Part shown: positions 1-10,574 of the stretch, piece by piece
Layout of the letters: each line of letters opens with the position of its first letter
Numbering within the stretch: the first letter of the stretch is position 1
Origin: an uncultured Chloroflexia bacterium
GTDB taxonomy: Bacteria > Chloroflexota > Anaerolineae > CG2-30-64-16
Direction: 5' to 3'
Assembly: GCA_963774265.1 (NCBI GenBank)
Contig: CAVZDU010000010.1
Coordinates: forward strand, 128,001-192,000
Length of the DNA: 64,000 nt
Notes under the pieces: generated by a model
What the model was told of the DNA's origin: nothing
Database searches by the model: none
The model's input: only the letters and a program-made list of their open reading frames with translations
Program-made: the position numbers and the translations under genes

Positions 1-2838
1 CTCCTCATCCTTGCCCTCCAGCCGGTATACATCGATGCCCGCCGCACTCAGACGCGCCTCGTCCTGGCCCGACACGCCTGCTGTCCCACCGACGATCACG
101 ACATGTTCTGCCAGAAACGCATCGCTAAGGGCGAAGCCCGCCGTTGGACGGAAGCGGGCAATGTAGCCCTGTGCGCTACGCCAATCTGCCTCAGCCCACG
201 CATCGCCGTGATCCCAGAACAGCAGATACAGTTCCTTTCGCTGCCCGATGCCCCCAGTCCCGGCTGCTGTCTGCGCCGATTTCACTTCTTCGAGCAATTG
301 GGGATGCCAGGTAAGGCCCGTCTTCCAGTGCTCGCCCGGACACACAGTCGCCTGAGGCCAGACGTCCCGATGTCCCTTGATCTGCTCGATCGGGATCTGG
401 TACTCCTGCATCAACCAGGCAGCCAGTTGTCCCGCGCTCCGCAACTGTTGCGGCGTAGGAACTTGATCCTCGGGTGCGCGGTCCGTGCCATCGTAGTTCT
501 TTCGCATGAACCGGCCGATCAGGCTGATGGCGACCGAATAATCATTCGGATCGCCACCCACGTGGTAAGAGCGGGTCGTTTCGCGCTGTCCCTGGTAGAT
601 CACGCCATCCGGGCCGACCATGAAGTGATAGCCCACACCGGGCCATTGCGCCTTGACGATGTTGCCGCTTGCGTCCTTCCGCTCACCATAGACATGATAT
701 TCGGCGATCTTCTGCACCATCATCGTCTTGGGAGTGTCTGTGTGATGGATCACGATCATCGAAATGGGCCGTGTGCGTGCGCCGTAGGGCGGCAGTGTGG
801 GATGCTGGGGCAGTTTGTCGACCATGTCCACGATGGCCGGCCTGGCCACCCGACCAGTCGTGTTGTCGGCCAGCAGCGCACGCAGGCGTTCGACCTCCGC
901 CGTCTGGCTGGCAAGGGTCTGGTCCAGTTCGGAGATGTGGGTTTGAAGTGCCGCAACCTCGGCGACCTCTGCAGTCAGGCCAGGGGCCTGGCCATTCAAA
1001 GTCGCAATCTGCGCGTTGAGCGCGGCAACCTGTATCTCCAGCTCCGCGATTCGTTTCTGCAACTGCTCCGGCGCCGATTCATCCTTCGGCTTCAACAACA
1101 AGGCAACTTTTGCCAGCAGGCTGGTCTTGTACTGCGCGCCGCCGAGCCACTGATCGCCGGGCGATGCCGTGGTGTCGACCTCCCGCCGCCCAATTACGGC
1201 TTCTGTTGTCAGGCCGTACCTCTCCAGCAACTGTGCGACCAACCGGGCTGCGCTGGTCATCTGTGTATCGGTCGGAACAGCCGTGGTGAAATCTCCGGCC
1301 AGCGCAACGCCGACTGCCACACCGTTCACCGTCACAGCGTTGGTTTGTCCGGTGACGACGTCAAGCGCTTGCGTTTCAAATATCGTGCCGTCTGCTGCAA
1401 TCAGGTAGTGATAGGTGATCCCGGGAAGACCCCGCGCAACCATTGCCTGCGCCACTCTTTCAGGTGAGATATCGCCTGGCGTGACCGTATGGTGGATCAC
1501 GATACGTCGTATGACGGCTGGATCGCGACGGGGGTATGGCGTGCCGGTGCCGGCCGGCAGGTGACCGATCCTATCGACAATCTGAAGCCCGCTCGGTGCG
1601 GGTTGATGGCCCAGAAGACCCTCCAAATCCTTGATCTGGGCGCTTAGCGTCTCGAATTGGCTGCGCAGGTCAGCAGGCCTGGCGGCAATCGCCTGGGCGG
1701 AGTACCCTTCGGCCTCCTTTGTTAGCGCCGCGGCATCCCCGGCCACTTTCTTCAGCGCATCGAGGGTGGTTTTCTGGGCTGCTGTTGCCTGCTCTAGCTC
1801 AGTCACCCGGCGTGTCAAAGCGGCCCAGGGGGCTTCCGTCGCCGTCCATTGGTATCGTGGACCGAATGCCTGGCGGAAATCATCGATGACGCCCGCCTTG
1901 CCTTCGATGCCCCAGCGGTCATTGGGAACCTGAGGCCAACGATAGAGAAGCAGTGAGCGGATCTTCTGGGCGTTGGCTCGGTTCCACGCGTCGATCTCGG
2001 CATAGGCGGCGCGAACCCAGCCGGTGTTGGCGTTGTCCCACGCCTGATCCCCCTGATTGCTCTCCGTGATATAGACGGGCAGGCCGCGCATGGCCTGGGG
2101 AATCGCCGCCATGAAGTCCTGGTAGGCCCGGAAGTGATAGCGTAAATGTTTGAAGCGGGCATCCCCCATGCGCTCGTCAGATGTGATCAGCGCTGGCGCC
2201 CCGCCGTGAGTATAAGTGTGCAGTGTGATGCCATCCAGGTTGCCGGCGCCAATGGCGGTCAGGATATCCGTGAAGTACTTGACCCAGTCGCCGTTCGGGT
2301 TGGCAGGGTAGGTGAGCAGGATATTCCATGGCGCTGGTGCGCTGACGAGAACCTGGTCCTGGCCGTGGCCCGCCACGGCCCTAATCGCCGTGCGGCACTG
2401 CTTGTAGCACGAGGCGTAACGCGCCGGCGTGATCTCCTCGCCGCGCTTGTCGGGGCTGACCGGAGCCGGCCATCCCGGCCCCCAGTTCCACTCAGCCCCT
2501 GGCCACTCGATGGGGTGATTCGTCTCGTTACCGAGGATCCAGATGTGCGCGCCGTGTGAGGCCGCCACAAAGTTCGCACAGCGGCCGGCAAAGTCGGCAT
2601 AGTCGCGCTCGAAGGAGATCGTGCCCCCCGGGTTGTAGGCGTTGTTGAGGCGGACAATGACACCCAGGTCCCGATCCGAGAAACGCCTGTAGTCGGCGCC
2701 CGAACGGTCATTGGGGTCGTGCCCGATCGCCTCGGTCACCAGCACCCAACCGGGTGTGCCCACATCGAGCATAGTCTGCTCGCCGCCCGAATCGTGTAAA
2801 CCGTAGATAAACGGCGAGTCGCATAACGGACGAGGCAT
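1..2838 (-). CDS. Multidomain cell-wall hydrolase: clan GH-A-like domain, coiled coils, two Amidase_2 (N-acetylmuramoyl-L-alanine amidase) domains; 3' end runs off the window
   Basis: Manual translation from ATG 2838 (MPRPLCDSPFIYGLHD...) stays open to base 1. Motifs WILGNE and VYITE, two IVIHHT...YH motifs, and GHRDV..TVCPG. Missing from the ORF track because no stop lies in the window. Confidence 0.85.
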   Translation of the reverse strand, partial: MPRPLCDSPFIYGLHDSGGEQTMLDVGTPGWVLVTEAIGHDPNDRSGADYRRFSDRDLGVIVRLNNAYNPGGTISFERDYADFAGRCANFVAASHGAHIWILGNETNHPIEWPGAEWNWGPGWPAPVSPDKRGEEITPARYASCYKQCRTAIRAVAGHGQDQVLVSAPAPWNILLTYPANPNGDWVKYFTDILTAIGAGNLDGITLHTYTHGGAPALITSDERMGDARFKHLRYHFRAYQDFMAAIPQAMRGLPVYITESNQGDQAWDNANTGWVRAAYAEIDAWNRANAQKIRSLLLYRWPQVPNDRWGIEGKAGVIDDFRQAFGPRYQWTATEAPWAALTRRVTELEQATAAQKTTLDALKKVAGDAAALTKEAEGYSAQAIAARPADLRSQFETLSAQIKDLEGLLGHQPAPSGLQIVDRIGHLPAGTGTPYPRRDPAVIRRIVIHHTVTPGDISPERVAQAMVARGLPGITYHYLIAADGTIFETQALDVVTGQTNAVTVNGVAVGVALAGDFTTAVPTDTQMTSAARLVAQLLERYGLTTEAVIGRREVDTTASPGDQWLGGAQYKTSLLAKVALLLKPKDESAPEQLQKRIAELEIQVAALNAQIATLNGQAPGLTAEVAEVAALQTHISELDQTLASQTAEVERLRALLADNTTGRVARPAIVDMVDKLPQHPTLPPYGARTRPISMIVIHHTDTPKTMMVQKIAEYHVYGERKDASGNIVKAQWPGVGYHFMVGPDGVIYQGQRETTRSYHVGGDPNDYSVAISLIGRFMRKNYDGTDRAPEDQVPTPQQLRSAGQLAAWLMQEYQIPIEQIKGHRDVWPQATVCPGEHWKTGLTWHPQLLEEVKSAQTAAGTGGIGQRKELYLLFWDHGDAWAEADWRSAQGYIARFRPTAGFALSDAFLAEHVVIVGGTAGVSGQDEARLSAAGIDVYRLEGKDEE

Positions 2839-2938
2839 GTTCGCACCTTCCCTATTTCGGTTGAAGCAATAACGGAACTATTATAGCACAACCACAGTGA
2901 TGAGGGAAGCGGGATGCGAAGCTCGGCCTAATGTGTTC

Positions 2939-4210
2939 TCAGGGCGATCGTTGGCTCCCCCAGAAGTAAATGAGCATGTCGTCCAACACTCCGCGCCAGT
3001 TGCCCCAGGAGTGGCCGTCGTTGGTCTCGACATATTTGAACGGATAACCCTTGGCCCTCAGCACACCGAGCAGATGGTGCGTGTTCTTTACATCCAAGTC
3101 AAAGGCTCCCTGGCTGACGAACAGTTTGATGTCCTGCCGCTTACTTTTTTCGAACTCAGCCAGGACCGCGGGCTTGGCACTGTAATAGGGTGACAAGAGG
3201 CCGATATATGCGAACCATTGGGGCTGACGCGTAGCAGAGTAGGTGGCGTGCAGTCCCCCCAGGGACATTCCCACCAGGCCGCGCGCTTCGCGCAGGGGCC
3301 GGGTGGGATAGTGGCTGTCGACCCAGGGGATGAGCTCCTTCGTGATAAAACCCTGGAAATTGGGATTAGTGAGCAACTCTGGGCCGCGACGGTTGTCGCC
3401 CGTGTCACTCAGGCGCGGGTCGATAAACACTGCCATGACCGGTTGGATCTCCCCGTCCGCGATGAGGTTGTCGAGTATCACAGGCAGAGAGCCCATGGCC
3501 GGGTTGGCATACTCATGACCATCAGTCACGTAGAGCACGGGAAGATTCTTGAGCTTTTCGTAGCCTGCCGGCGTATAGACCTGGACGCGCTTGGCATAAC
3601 CCAGGTACTTGCTGTTGAGTACAAATGGTGTGCTAAACGTTCCTTTAGGTGTCTCCTTGCGTGACACTGTGGCCCCTGGATAGACATAATCGGGCATGGT
3701 CAAGACCGAATTCGGCCCATAGCCGCCGAGCTGGGTGAGCGGGTTCAGTGGATCATTACGTTGCCGGCCGTCGACTCGCACTGTGTAATCGAAGCGAGCG
3801 TCAAGCGGGAAACGGCGCTGCGCGGTCCAGATGTCGGTCTTGCCCACTCGCTGTCCGGCTAGCGGCTTGCCAGCCTGCCAGATCGTGAAGTCGCCGATCC
3901 AATCCACAACAGCAGCCTGTCCTCGATAAAGGAATACCGCCGTGTCACCAAAGACGAGCGGCATCTGACCGAGGGCGACGACCTGGCGCCACAAGACATC
4001 GGCCTGCGCATCGGTCGTCGCGCCCCCCAGGCGGGTTTGTAGATCCGTGAGAGTTGGGAAGGGCAGTTCTTTCAGTTTCCCCGTGCGGTCGAAGAAGACA
4101 GCCGCCGGGAGGATTTCAGAGCTCGCCTGCAGGGGCGACAGCAGCATCCCACACAGCAATGTGCTGCACACCAGCACCGTGAGGGTGTGCAGGGTTCGAG
4201 ATTGTAACAA
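2939..4210 (-). CDS. Secreted alpha/beta hydrolase (enterochelin esterase/Fes-like) with N-terminal CBM48-like domain
   Basis: GMSLGG nucleophile elbow, YTPAGY, LYVTDG, GHSWGNW. Signal peptide follows a TTG start with AAGGTGA RBS. Confidence 0.8.
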   Translation of the reverse strand: MLQSRTLHTLTVLVCSTLLCGMLLSPLQASSEILPAAVFFDRTGKLKELPFPTLTDLQTRLGGATTDAQADVLWRQVVALGQMPLVFGDTAVFLYRGQAAVVDWIGDFTIWQAGKPLAGQRVGKTDIWTAQRRFPLDARFDYTVRVDGRQRNDPLNPLTQLGGYGPNSVLTMPDYVYPGATVSRKETPKGTFSTPFVLNSKYLGYAKRVQVYTPAGYEKLKNLPVLYVTDGHEYANPAMGSLPVILDNLIADGEIQPVMAVFIDPRLSDTGDNRRGPELLTNPNFQGFITKELIPWVDSHYPTRPLREARGLVGMSLGGLHATYSATRQPQWFAYIGLLSPYYSAKPAVLAEFEKSKRQDIKLFVSQGAFDLDVKNTHHLLGVLRAKGYPFKYVETNDGHSWGNWRGVLDDMLIYFWGSQRSP

Positions 4211-4281
4211 GCCTTCACCTTTACTAGCGATAGAAGTCGATCCACCTGAGCGAGAAATGATCTGGAGCCTCGTCCATGACT

Positions 4282-4563
4282 CTACTCCTTGGCTGGCTTT
4301 TCCCCGCGTCCGCGCAGGGCCGAATTTAGCTCCTTGCGGCCAAACACCTCGGGTTTTGCAGGCGCATCCCCAGTCGGGCCTGCAGACGCACCTGAAGCAT
4401 CCCGAGCCGCGCCTGCAGAGCGCACGGCCGGCGCGGAGATGCGTTTCTGAACGTCCACGCCCTCGCATTGCGGACAGGCGACAGGCGTCGTGTCACTCAT
4501 GGATGAATGCCAGTGCTCGAAGGACTCGCCGCACGCGCGGCAGGTGTACTCGTAAATGGGCAT
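4282..4563 (-). CDS. FmdB family zinc-ribbon protein
   Basis: MPIYEYTCRACG...CPQCEG, with GGAG RBS. Confidence 0.85.
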   Translation of the reverse strand: MPIYEYTCRACGESFEHWHSSMSDTTPVACPQCEGVDVQKRISAPAVRSAGAARDASGASAGPTGDAPAKPEVFGRKELNSALRGRGEKPAKE

Positions 4564-4608
4564 GGACCTCTCCGCTCCTATGAAGATGATTGCACTAGAG
4601 TAAACGCG

Positions 4609-6204
4609 TTATCGCCCCATCACTGCAGTCGCGAACCTTCCCAACTCCCGGATGCGGAGCACGATGCACACGCCCAAGTAAACCAGAATCCCTGCCGTTC
4701 CTGCGGCCGCCAGCGTAAGCAGATTGCCCAGCCCGGAGCGCTCTCCCATAACCGACACGCCCATGACCGCAAGAACCATAATTGCCGTTGCGCCCAGCAC
4801 CCGAACCAATTGGGCCAGCGTCTCTCGTCCCTCCACGCCGCCCCAGCGGTTGCGCAGGATAAGCAGCAATGCCAACACCTCGAGCGTAATGGCGATCGAG
4901 TTTGCCAGCGCCAAGCCGGCGTGACCGAGAGGCCGCATGAGGACGAGGGCAAGGATGATGTTGAGAGCTGCTGACCCCGCTGCCAGCAGCAGGGGGGTGA
5001 TGGTGTCCTTTTGAGCGAAATAGGCGCGCGCAGCCAGCTCCAGGCAGGTGTGTCCAGCCAACCCCAAGGCGTACATACGCAACGCCTGGTACACTTCCTC
5101 TGTCGCTGCCGCGTCGAACGCGCCGCGCTGATACAGCACCGCCAGCAGCGGTCGTCCCAGTAACACGAGCGCTGCCGCAGCCGGGACGGCAAGCGCAAGT
5201 ACTGTTCGCAACGACTCGCCAAGCGTGCTCCGCAGCCCGTCTCGGTCACCACGAGCGGCCAATTCGGCGAGCGTAGGGAATGCCACCAGCCCGAATGCTG
5301 TGCCAATGATCGTTTCGGGCAATTGCATGGCATCCCAGCCCCATTCCAACGCACTAACGCTGCCGTTCCCAAGGCGCGAAGCGAGATTGGTTGTTGCCAG
5401 CAGGGTCAGGTGGAACACGCCCAGGTCAAGCACGCGAGGGCCCATGAGAATCGCGACCCGCCGCAGGCTTCCATCTCCCAGGCGCAAGATCGGCGACCAC
5501 CGGAACCCGTACTTGACCAGTGCCGGCACCTTGATCAATAGGTGTAACACGGAGCCGATCACTGCACCGACGGCCATGCCACGGACACCCATTGTGGGGG
5601 CCAGCCACAGCGCACCCGCCGCGATGCCCAGCGGATAGACGGCAGGAGCGAGGGCCGGCAGAAAGAAGTGCTTGAGCCCGTTCAGCGCGCTGCCAAGAAC
5701 GGCTGAGACGCCAAAGACGACCGTGGAGACAAGGACGATGCGCATCACGGCGGTGGTTTCGGCCTGCTGACCGGGGTCGAAGCCCGGTGCGATCACGTGG
5801 CGGACGATGAGCGGTGCCAGGAGAGCTGCGAGGAGCGCAAGCGAGCTGACGATCAGCACGACCCAGTTCAGGACCGCAGCGGTGAATCGCCATGCAGCTC
5901 GCCGGTCCGCGCCTGTGTTCACAGGACTGCTTGGCGTGTCCTGTTGATCTCGGCTCGCAACGGTATCGGCGAACACGGGGATGAACGCCGTAGCGAGTGC
6001 TCCGCCTGCTACGACGGTGAACAGCAGATCGGGAAGCTTAAAGGCTGCGTAGTATGCGTCGAGCTGCGTTCCGATGCCGAACGAAGACGCGATCACGGCG
6101 TTACGGAACAGTCCAGCCGCAGCCGCCAACCCAAACGAAGCCGCCACAATCAACACGTTGCGCGCGATGTGGCGGCGGGTATCGGAGCTACTTAACTTTG
6201 TCAA
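4609..6204 (-). CDS. murJ: Lipid II flippase MurJ/MviN (paralog 1)
   Basis: FGIGTQLDAYYAAFKLPD, GGALATAFIPVF, LYQRGAF, RAYFAQKDTITP; about 14 TM segments. Confidence 0.9.
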   Translation of the reverse strand: MTKLSSSDTRRHIARNVLIVAASFGLAAAAGLFRNAVIASSFGIGTQLDAYYAAFKLPDLLFTVVAGGALATAFIPVFADTVASRDQQDTPSSPVNTGADRRAAWRFTAAVLNWVVLIVSSLALLAALLAPLIVRHVIAPGFDPGQQAETTAVMRIVLVSTVVFGVSAVLGSALNGLKHFFLPALAPAVYPLGIAAGALWLAPTMGVRGMAVGAVIGSVLHLLIKVPALVKYGFRWSPILRLGDGSLRRVAILMGPRVLDLGVFHLTLLATTNLASRLGNGSVSALEWGWDAMQLPETIIGTAFGLVAFPTLAELAARGDRDGLRSTLGESLRTVLALAVPAAAALVLLGRPLLAVLYQRGAFDAAATEEVYQALRMYALGLAGHTCLELAARAYFAQKDTITPLLLAAGSAALNIILALVLMRPLGHAGLALANSIAITLEVLALLLILRNRWGGVEGRETLAQLVRVLGATAIMVLAVMGVSVMGERSGLGNLLTLAAAGTAGILVYLGVCIVLRIRELGRFATAVMGR

Positions 6205-7600
6205 GCTCGTCCTGAGCGTCTTGGTAGCTGGGGCGGAGCTTTACAGCTTGTTGTAGCGAGGCCTTCGCACCCGCCAGGTCCCCGAGAGCTTTCTGAGAGA
6301 GACCCTTCCAGAAGAAGAGCTCCTCATCGTTTTTGGCCGTCTTGATGGTCGCGTCGGCCAGGCTGATGACCTCCTTGTGGCGGCCAACCTCGTAGTAGGC
6401 GCGGAAGGGTCCGAACTGGTACCAGAGCATACGCCAGGGCAACCTGATACGCCGAGCCGTGTCATATGCCTGTGCAGCAGCCTTGAAGTCGCCCAGCGCC
6501 ACGTAGTCTGTTCCCAGGTTGAACCAGGCGAAGGGATCCTTGGGGCTCGCCTGCACTTCGATGAGATCCTCGGCCAGCCCACGCTGCCACATTGCCGAGT
6601 CGCCCACGTCGGTGCCGAGGGCGGCCTCCACTGCTGCCGCCCGCGCCTCATCGTAGATGACTATGTATGTGCGACCGAACACCTTCCACAGCTTCTCGAA
6701 GCTGTCGTAGGGCAGCCTGACGCCGGCGTATGGCTCCCCCTTCTTGATGCCGTGTGAGTCGTAGGAATCGTAGGCGATCCAGGTTTTCGCCGCATCATCA
6801 TACCCGACGATCAGGCGGTAGTGGCCCATGCCATCGTTGGGCTTCGGCTCGTACCAGGTCTCGACCAATACGGGGATGCCCGCGGCGAGCAGCGCCTTAA
6901 GTCGAAGGGCATCGCCGTTGACCCGGACGAGAGCCCGCAACCCTTGGGAGGCCGCGAACTCAGCCAATTCGTCCGGGCTGACATTTTTGTCGTCCTTTTC
7001 GGGCCGCAGTGCCGCACCGATCTTGTCTTGCCCGACTTTGATGCCGTAATAGCTGAGGTGCATGGACAAGGTGGCTGGACCGCAATTGTTCCAGGTCTGC
7101 CAGGTGTGGGCTAGGCCGTCCAGGAGCTTTGTAGGCGGAAAGACGGGAGTCGGGGTCGCGGTCGGCGCGGGCGTTGCGGTGGGGGCAACCTGGGCGCCCG
7201 CCACAACGACGGACCGTTCCGCATCAGTCGGTTCGACCAGGGCTGCGAGTTGAGTCCGGCCTCTCGCGCGAGACGGGTTGGCAGGTCCCGCCGCGACGAT
7301 GAGATGGTTGATGTCGGCTGGGGATGCTTCGTCACCGTCATTATGCGTCGCCCCAGTGGGCAGGGGCAGGGCGCCTGCGAGCGCGCCAAAATCGACGTCA
7401 CCTGACGGCGAGGAGGCCAGGTCCTCGGGCGTTGGGACGTATTCGGGGTGCGGCTGTTCGACCGCAAACTCTGCCCGCACCCGGCGGACTAAGCCATCTG
7501 GCCCACCGTAGCGATGCAGGGCCAGGGTCGTGATCACGACGCCGGAAGCTATGACCAATATCACCAGGCTGCCGGCGACGAGCAGTGTTCTTCTGCGCAA
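6188..7600 (-). CDS. Membrane-anchored C39-like cysteine peptidase with C-terminal TPRs
   Basis: N-terminal TM, PT linker, QTWNNCGP (Cys), GHYRLIVGYD (His), YDS (Asp), TPR helices. Confidence 0.8.
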   Translation of the reverse strand: MRRRTLLVAGSLVILVIASGVVITTLALHRYGGPDGLVRRVRAEFAVEQPHPEYVPTPEDLASSPSGDVDFGALAGALPLPTGATHNDGDEASPADINHLIVAAGPANPSRARGRTQLAALVEPTDAERSVVVAGAQVAPTATPAPTATPTPVFPPTKLLDGLAHTWQTWNNCGPATLSMHLSYYGIKVGQDKIGAALRPEKDDKNVSPDELAEFAASQGLRALVRVNGDALRLKALLAAGIPVLVETWYEPKPNDGMGHYRLIVGYDDAAKTWIAYDSYDSHGIKKGEPYAGVRLPYDSFEKLWKVFGRTYIVIYDEARAAAVEAALGTDVGDSAMWQRGLAEDLIEVQASPKDPFAWFNLGTDYVALGDFKAAAQAYDTARRIRLPWRMLWYQFGPFRAYYEVGRHKEVISLADATIKTAKNDEELFFWKGLSQKALGDLAGAKASLQQAVKLRPSYQDAQDELDKVK

Positions 7601-7894
7601 TTGTTGTTTACCTGATATCCACGGATTTGTCGGCAGGTTTGTGACGTTTAGTGCAGCACCATAGTTCCTGTGAGCCCTCGAAGATCATCTGAAGCCAAGG
7701 ATAACACCTTGAGACCATTCGCGCAACCGGACCGGGCGCTTCCCGTAACTTTCGTTACTGAAGCGGCCATTGCGCCACACCCCTCAATTACGGCTCTGAC
7801 GCATATTGTGCTACAATCTCCCTACAAGGCTCTGGCTTTTGCGCCCGAGCCTGTTTTGCGCGAGTCAAGATCGTCGTTCCCAGGAGACACATTC

Positions 7895-8443
7895 ATGTCC
7901 CAAGATTTCTACCCTGTTGATATCTGTGGAGTGAAGCGGAATTTGCCGTTGTTCGAGGTTGCGCCCAAGGTGCGCATCGCGTTGTTCAATATGCTTGGTG
8001 ACTACGAGGTGGTCGAGGCGCTTGCTGGATGGCTGGCGGAGCGCGTGCCGGCCGACGCTGATGCCATTATGACGGCAGAAGTGAAAAGCATCCCGCTGGC
8101 GCATGCACTTGCGGTACGGATGAAGATGCCCTACGTCGTCGCTCGTAAGACCCGGAAGCCATACATGTTGGGTTCCGTGAGTGTCGAGGTACTCTCCATC
8201 ACGACCGGCGCGCCCCAGACCCTGTGGCTTGACGGCAAGGATCTGCACCTGGTCAAGGGAAAGCGCATCATCCTGGTCGACGATGTGATTTCCACGGGCA
8301 GCACGCTGGTGGGGATGCGTACGCTCGTGAATGAGGCCGGAGGCGAGGTGATCGCCGAGGCAGCCGCCTTCACCGAGGGTAACGATCCCGAGAAGTGGAA
8401 GCACATTATCGCAGTGGCGAATTTGCCGGTTTTCGAAGGTTAA
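7895..8443 (+). CDS. Purine (adenine-type) phosphoribosyltransferase family protein
   Basis: PRPP-binding loop ILVDDVISTGST; GGAGA RBS before ATG 7895. Confidence 0.85.
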   Translation: MSQDFYPVDICGVKRNLPLFEVAPKVRIALFNMLGDYEVVEALAGWLAERVPADADAIMTAEVKSIPLAHALAVRMKMPYVVARKTRKPYMLGSVSVEVLSITTGAPQTLWLDGKDLHLVKGKRIILVDDVISTGSTLVGMRTLVNEAGGEVIAEAAAFTEGNDPEKWKHIIAVANLPVFEG

Positions 8444-9520
8444 ATGGTCATAGAGAAGGTTGCGGCCATCAACCGCCGCTACGATGAACTAAATGAAATG
8501 ATGGCAGATTCGGCCGTGGCCACGGACCCGGGGCGGCTATCTGAGTTGGCGCGTGAACAATCCGAGATCGAACCGGTCGTCACTGAGTTTCGCGCGTATC
8601 TGGCAGCCCAGGCCGAACTGGATGGTGCCAGAGAGCTCGTTGCAGATGGGAGCGACGAGGAGATGGCCGAGCTGGCGCAGGCCGAAATCGAGCGACTGGA
8701 AGCGGAGCAATCTGGCCGCGAGGAACGTTTGCGTCTGCTGCTATTGCCGAAGGATCCGGCCGACGACAGGAACGTCATCGTCGAAGTCCGGGCAGGCACG
8801 GGCGGTGACGAAGCCGCCCTTTTTGCCGGCGATCTTCTCCGCATGTACGCGCGTTGGGCCGAACAACACGGGCTCAAGACGGACATCTTGAGCCAGTCAG
8901 AGACAGGTATTGGCGGCTTCAAGGAAGTTATCTTCCAGGTGAAAGGCCATGGTGCCTATTCCCGTCTCAAATTCGAAAGCGGGGTCCACCGTGTTCAGCG
9001 TGTGCCGGTGACCGAGGCCCAAGGCCGCATTCACACCTCCACAGCGACCGTGGCGGTGCTTCCCGAGGCCACCGAAGTGGATGTGCAGATCGCGGCTCAA
9101 GATGTGCGCGTGGATGTGTTTCGGGCCACCGGACCAGGCGGCCAGAGCGTCAATACCACTGACTCGGCCATCCGGGTGACCCACCTGCCGACGGGGCTGG
9201 TTGTAAGTTGCCAGGATGAGAAGTCGCAGCTCCAGAACCGGACCAAAGCGATGGCGATCCTGAGGGCACGGCTTTACCAGATGGAGCTGGAGCGGTTGGC
9301 AAGTGAACGCAGCGAGGCGCGGCGGAGCCAGGTGGGAAGTGGGGAGCGAAGTGAGAAGATCCGTACTTACAATTTCCCACAGAATCGGGTCACCGACCAT
9401 CGCATCGGCAAGACGACACATAACCTGATCGGATTCCTGGATGGTGATCTGGACGATTTCATCGAAGAGCTGGCGACAACAGATCAGACCGATCGGTTAG
9501 AAGCTATCGGCGAGGAATGA
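8444..9520 (+). CDS. prfA: Peptide chain release factor 1
   Basis: [11 protein letters not shown] anticodon-mimic tripeptide, [11 protein letters not shown]. Confidence 0.97.
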   Translation: MVIEKVAAINRRYDELNEMMADSAVATDPGRLSELAREQSEIEPVVTEFRAYLAAQAELDGARELVADGSDEEMAELAQAEIERLEAEQSGREERLRLLLLPKDPADDRNVIVEVRAGTGGDEAALFAGDLLRMYARWAEQHGLKTDILSQSETGIGGFKEVIFQVKGHGAYSRLKFESGVHRVQRVPVTEAQGRIHTSTATVAVLPEATEVDVQIAAQDVRVDVFRATGPGGQSVNTTDSAIRVTHLPTGLVVSCQDEKSQLQNRTKAMAILRARLYQMELERLASERSEARRSQVGSGERSEKIRTYNFPQNRVTDHRIGKTTHNLIGFLDGDLDDFIEELATTDQTDRLEAIGEE

Positions 9521-9529
9521 GAAACACAA

Positions 9530-10549
9530 GTGAAGACAAACCCCATGTCGGAGACGCCCCGTTGGAGGGGTGTTCACGGCAACGATGCCGGCGAGCTCGC
9601 AGCCAGCACGGTTGGCTTGCGTGGAAGCCCATGCGTAGAGGACAAACGGTTTCAGATTTTGTGGTCTCTGGATCGCTCCAGCGACGTGGGCAGGGCGCTG
9701 TTGGCTGCGAAACGCCGCTTGGGTGAGGTCGAAATCGAGACCGCCCAGCTTGATGCGGCGGTTTTGCTTTCATCGGTTCTGGGCGTCAATAAGGCGTGGC
9801 TTTACGCCCATCCAACCCGACAGTTATCCGAAGGGGAGATCGTTCGTTACGAGGAACTGGTTCGCCGGCGCATGTGTTACGAACCGGTGGCCTACCTGGT
9901 AGGGTATAAGCCTTTCTATGGGCTAGACATAACCGTAGACAACCGGGTTCTCATTCCTCGGCCAGAGACCGAGCTTCTTGTTGAACGGGCGCTGGCGCAC
10001 GCGCAGCGGCTCATTCGCGAGGGACAGCCACCGGTTGTAGCGGATATCGGCACGGGCAGCGGCGCCATCGCCATCGCGCTAGCAGTCAATGCGCCCGAAG
10101 TGATGGTGTATGCCACGGACGTGTCACCCGCTTGTATTGAGGTGGCTGAGAAAAATATCTGGCGCTACGGAGTGGCGGAGCAGGTGCATTTGGTGCCTGG
10201 GCACCTTATGGAGTGCCTCCCGGAGCCAGTGGACATCGTTGTAGCGAACTTGCCTTATATCGCAACATCCGACTTGGCGAACCTTCCGCCGCAGGTGCGT
10301 GATTACGAGCCTGTGCTGGCTTTGGATGGCGGGCATGACGGATGTGATGTGTTGCGAAGCCTTGTCCAGAGCCTCGCGTCCCCGCAGGGACGGGCGAAAC
10401 TGAAGCCCGGCGCGGCTGTGTTTCTTGAGATCGGTGCAGACGAAGGCGCGACGATGCGCACCGTTGTCACCCAGGATTTGCCTGGCTGTGGCTGCAACGT
10501 CCTGGTCGACTACACTGGTCTGGATCGAGTTGTCGTTATCACAACCTGA
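9530..10549 (+). CDS. prmC: Release factor glutamine methyltransferase (HemK); start uncertain
   Basis: VLIPRPETE, DIGTGSGAIA, NLPY, EPVLALDGG; follows prfA. Confidence 0.92.
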   Translation: MKTNPMSETPRWRGVHGNDAGELAASTVGLRGSPCVEDKRFQILWSLDRSSDVGRALLAAKRRLGEVEIETAQLDAAVLLSSVLGVNKAWLYAHPTRQLSEGEIVRYEELVRRRMCYEPVAYLVGYKPFYGLDITVDNRVLIPRPETELLVERALAHAQRLIREGQPPVVADIGTGSGAIAIALAVNAPEVMVYATDVSPACIEVAEKNIWRYGVAEQVHLVPGHLMECLPEPVDIVVANLPYIATSDLANLPPQVRDYEPVLALDGGHDGCDVLRSLVQSLASPQGRAKLKPGAAVFLEIGADEGATMRTVVTQDLPGCGCNVLVDYTGLDRVVVITT

Positions 10550-10574
10550 ATGAAGCTTCAACAGAAGGATTCTC

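Noticed and set aside
103-1467. 454-aa plus-strand ORF
   Set aside because: Antisense shadow of the amidase gene on the minus strand; no recognisable motifs.
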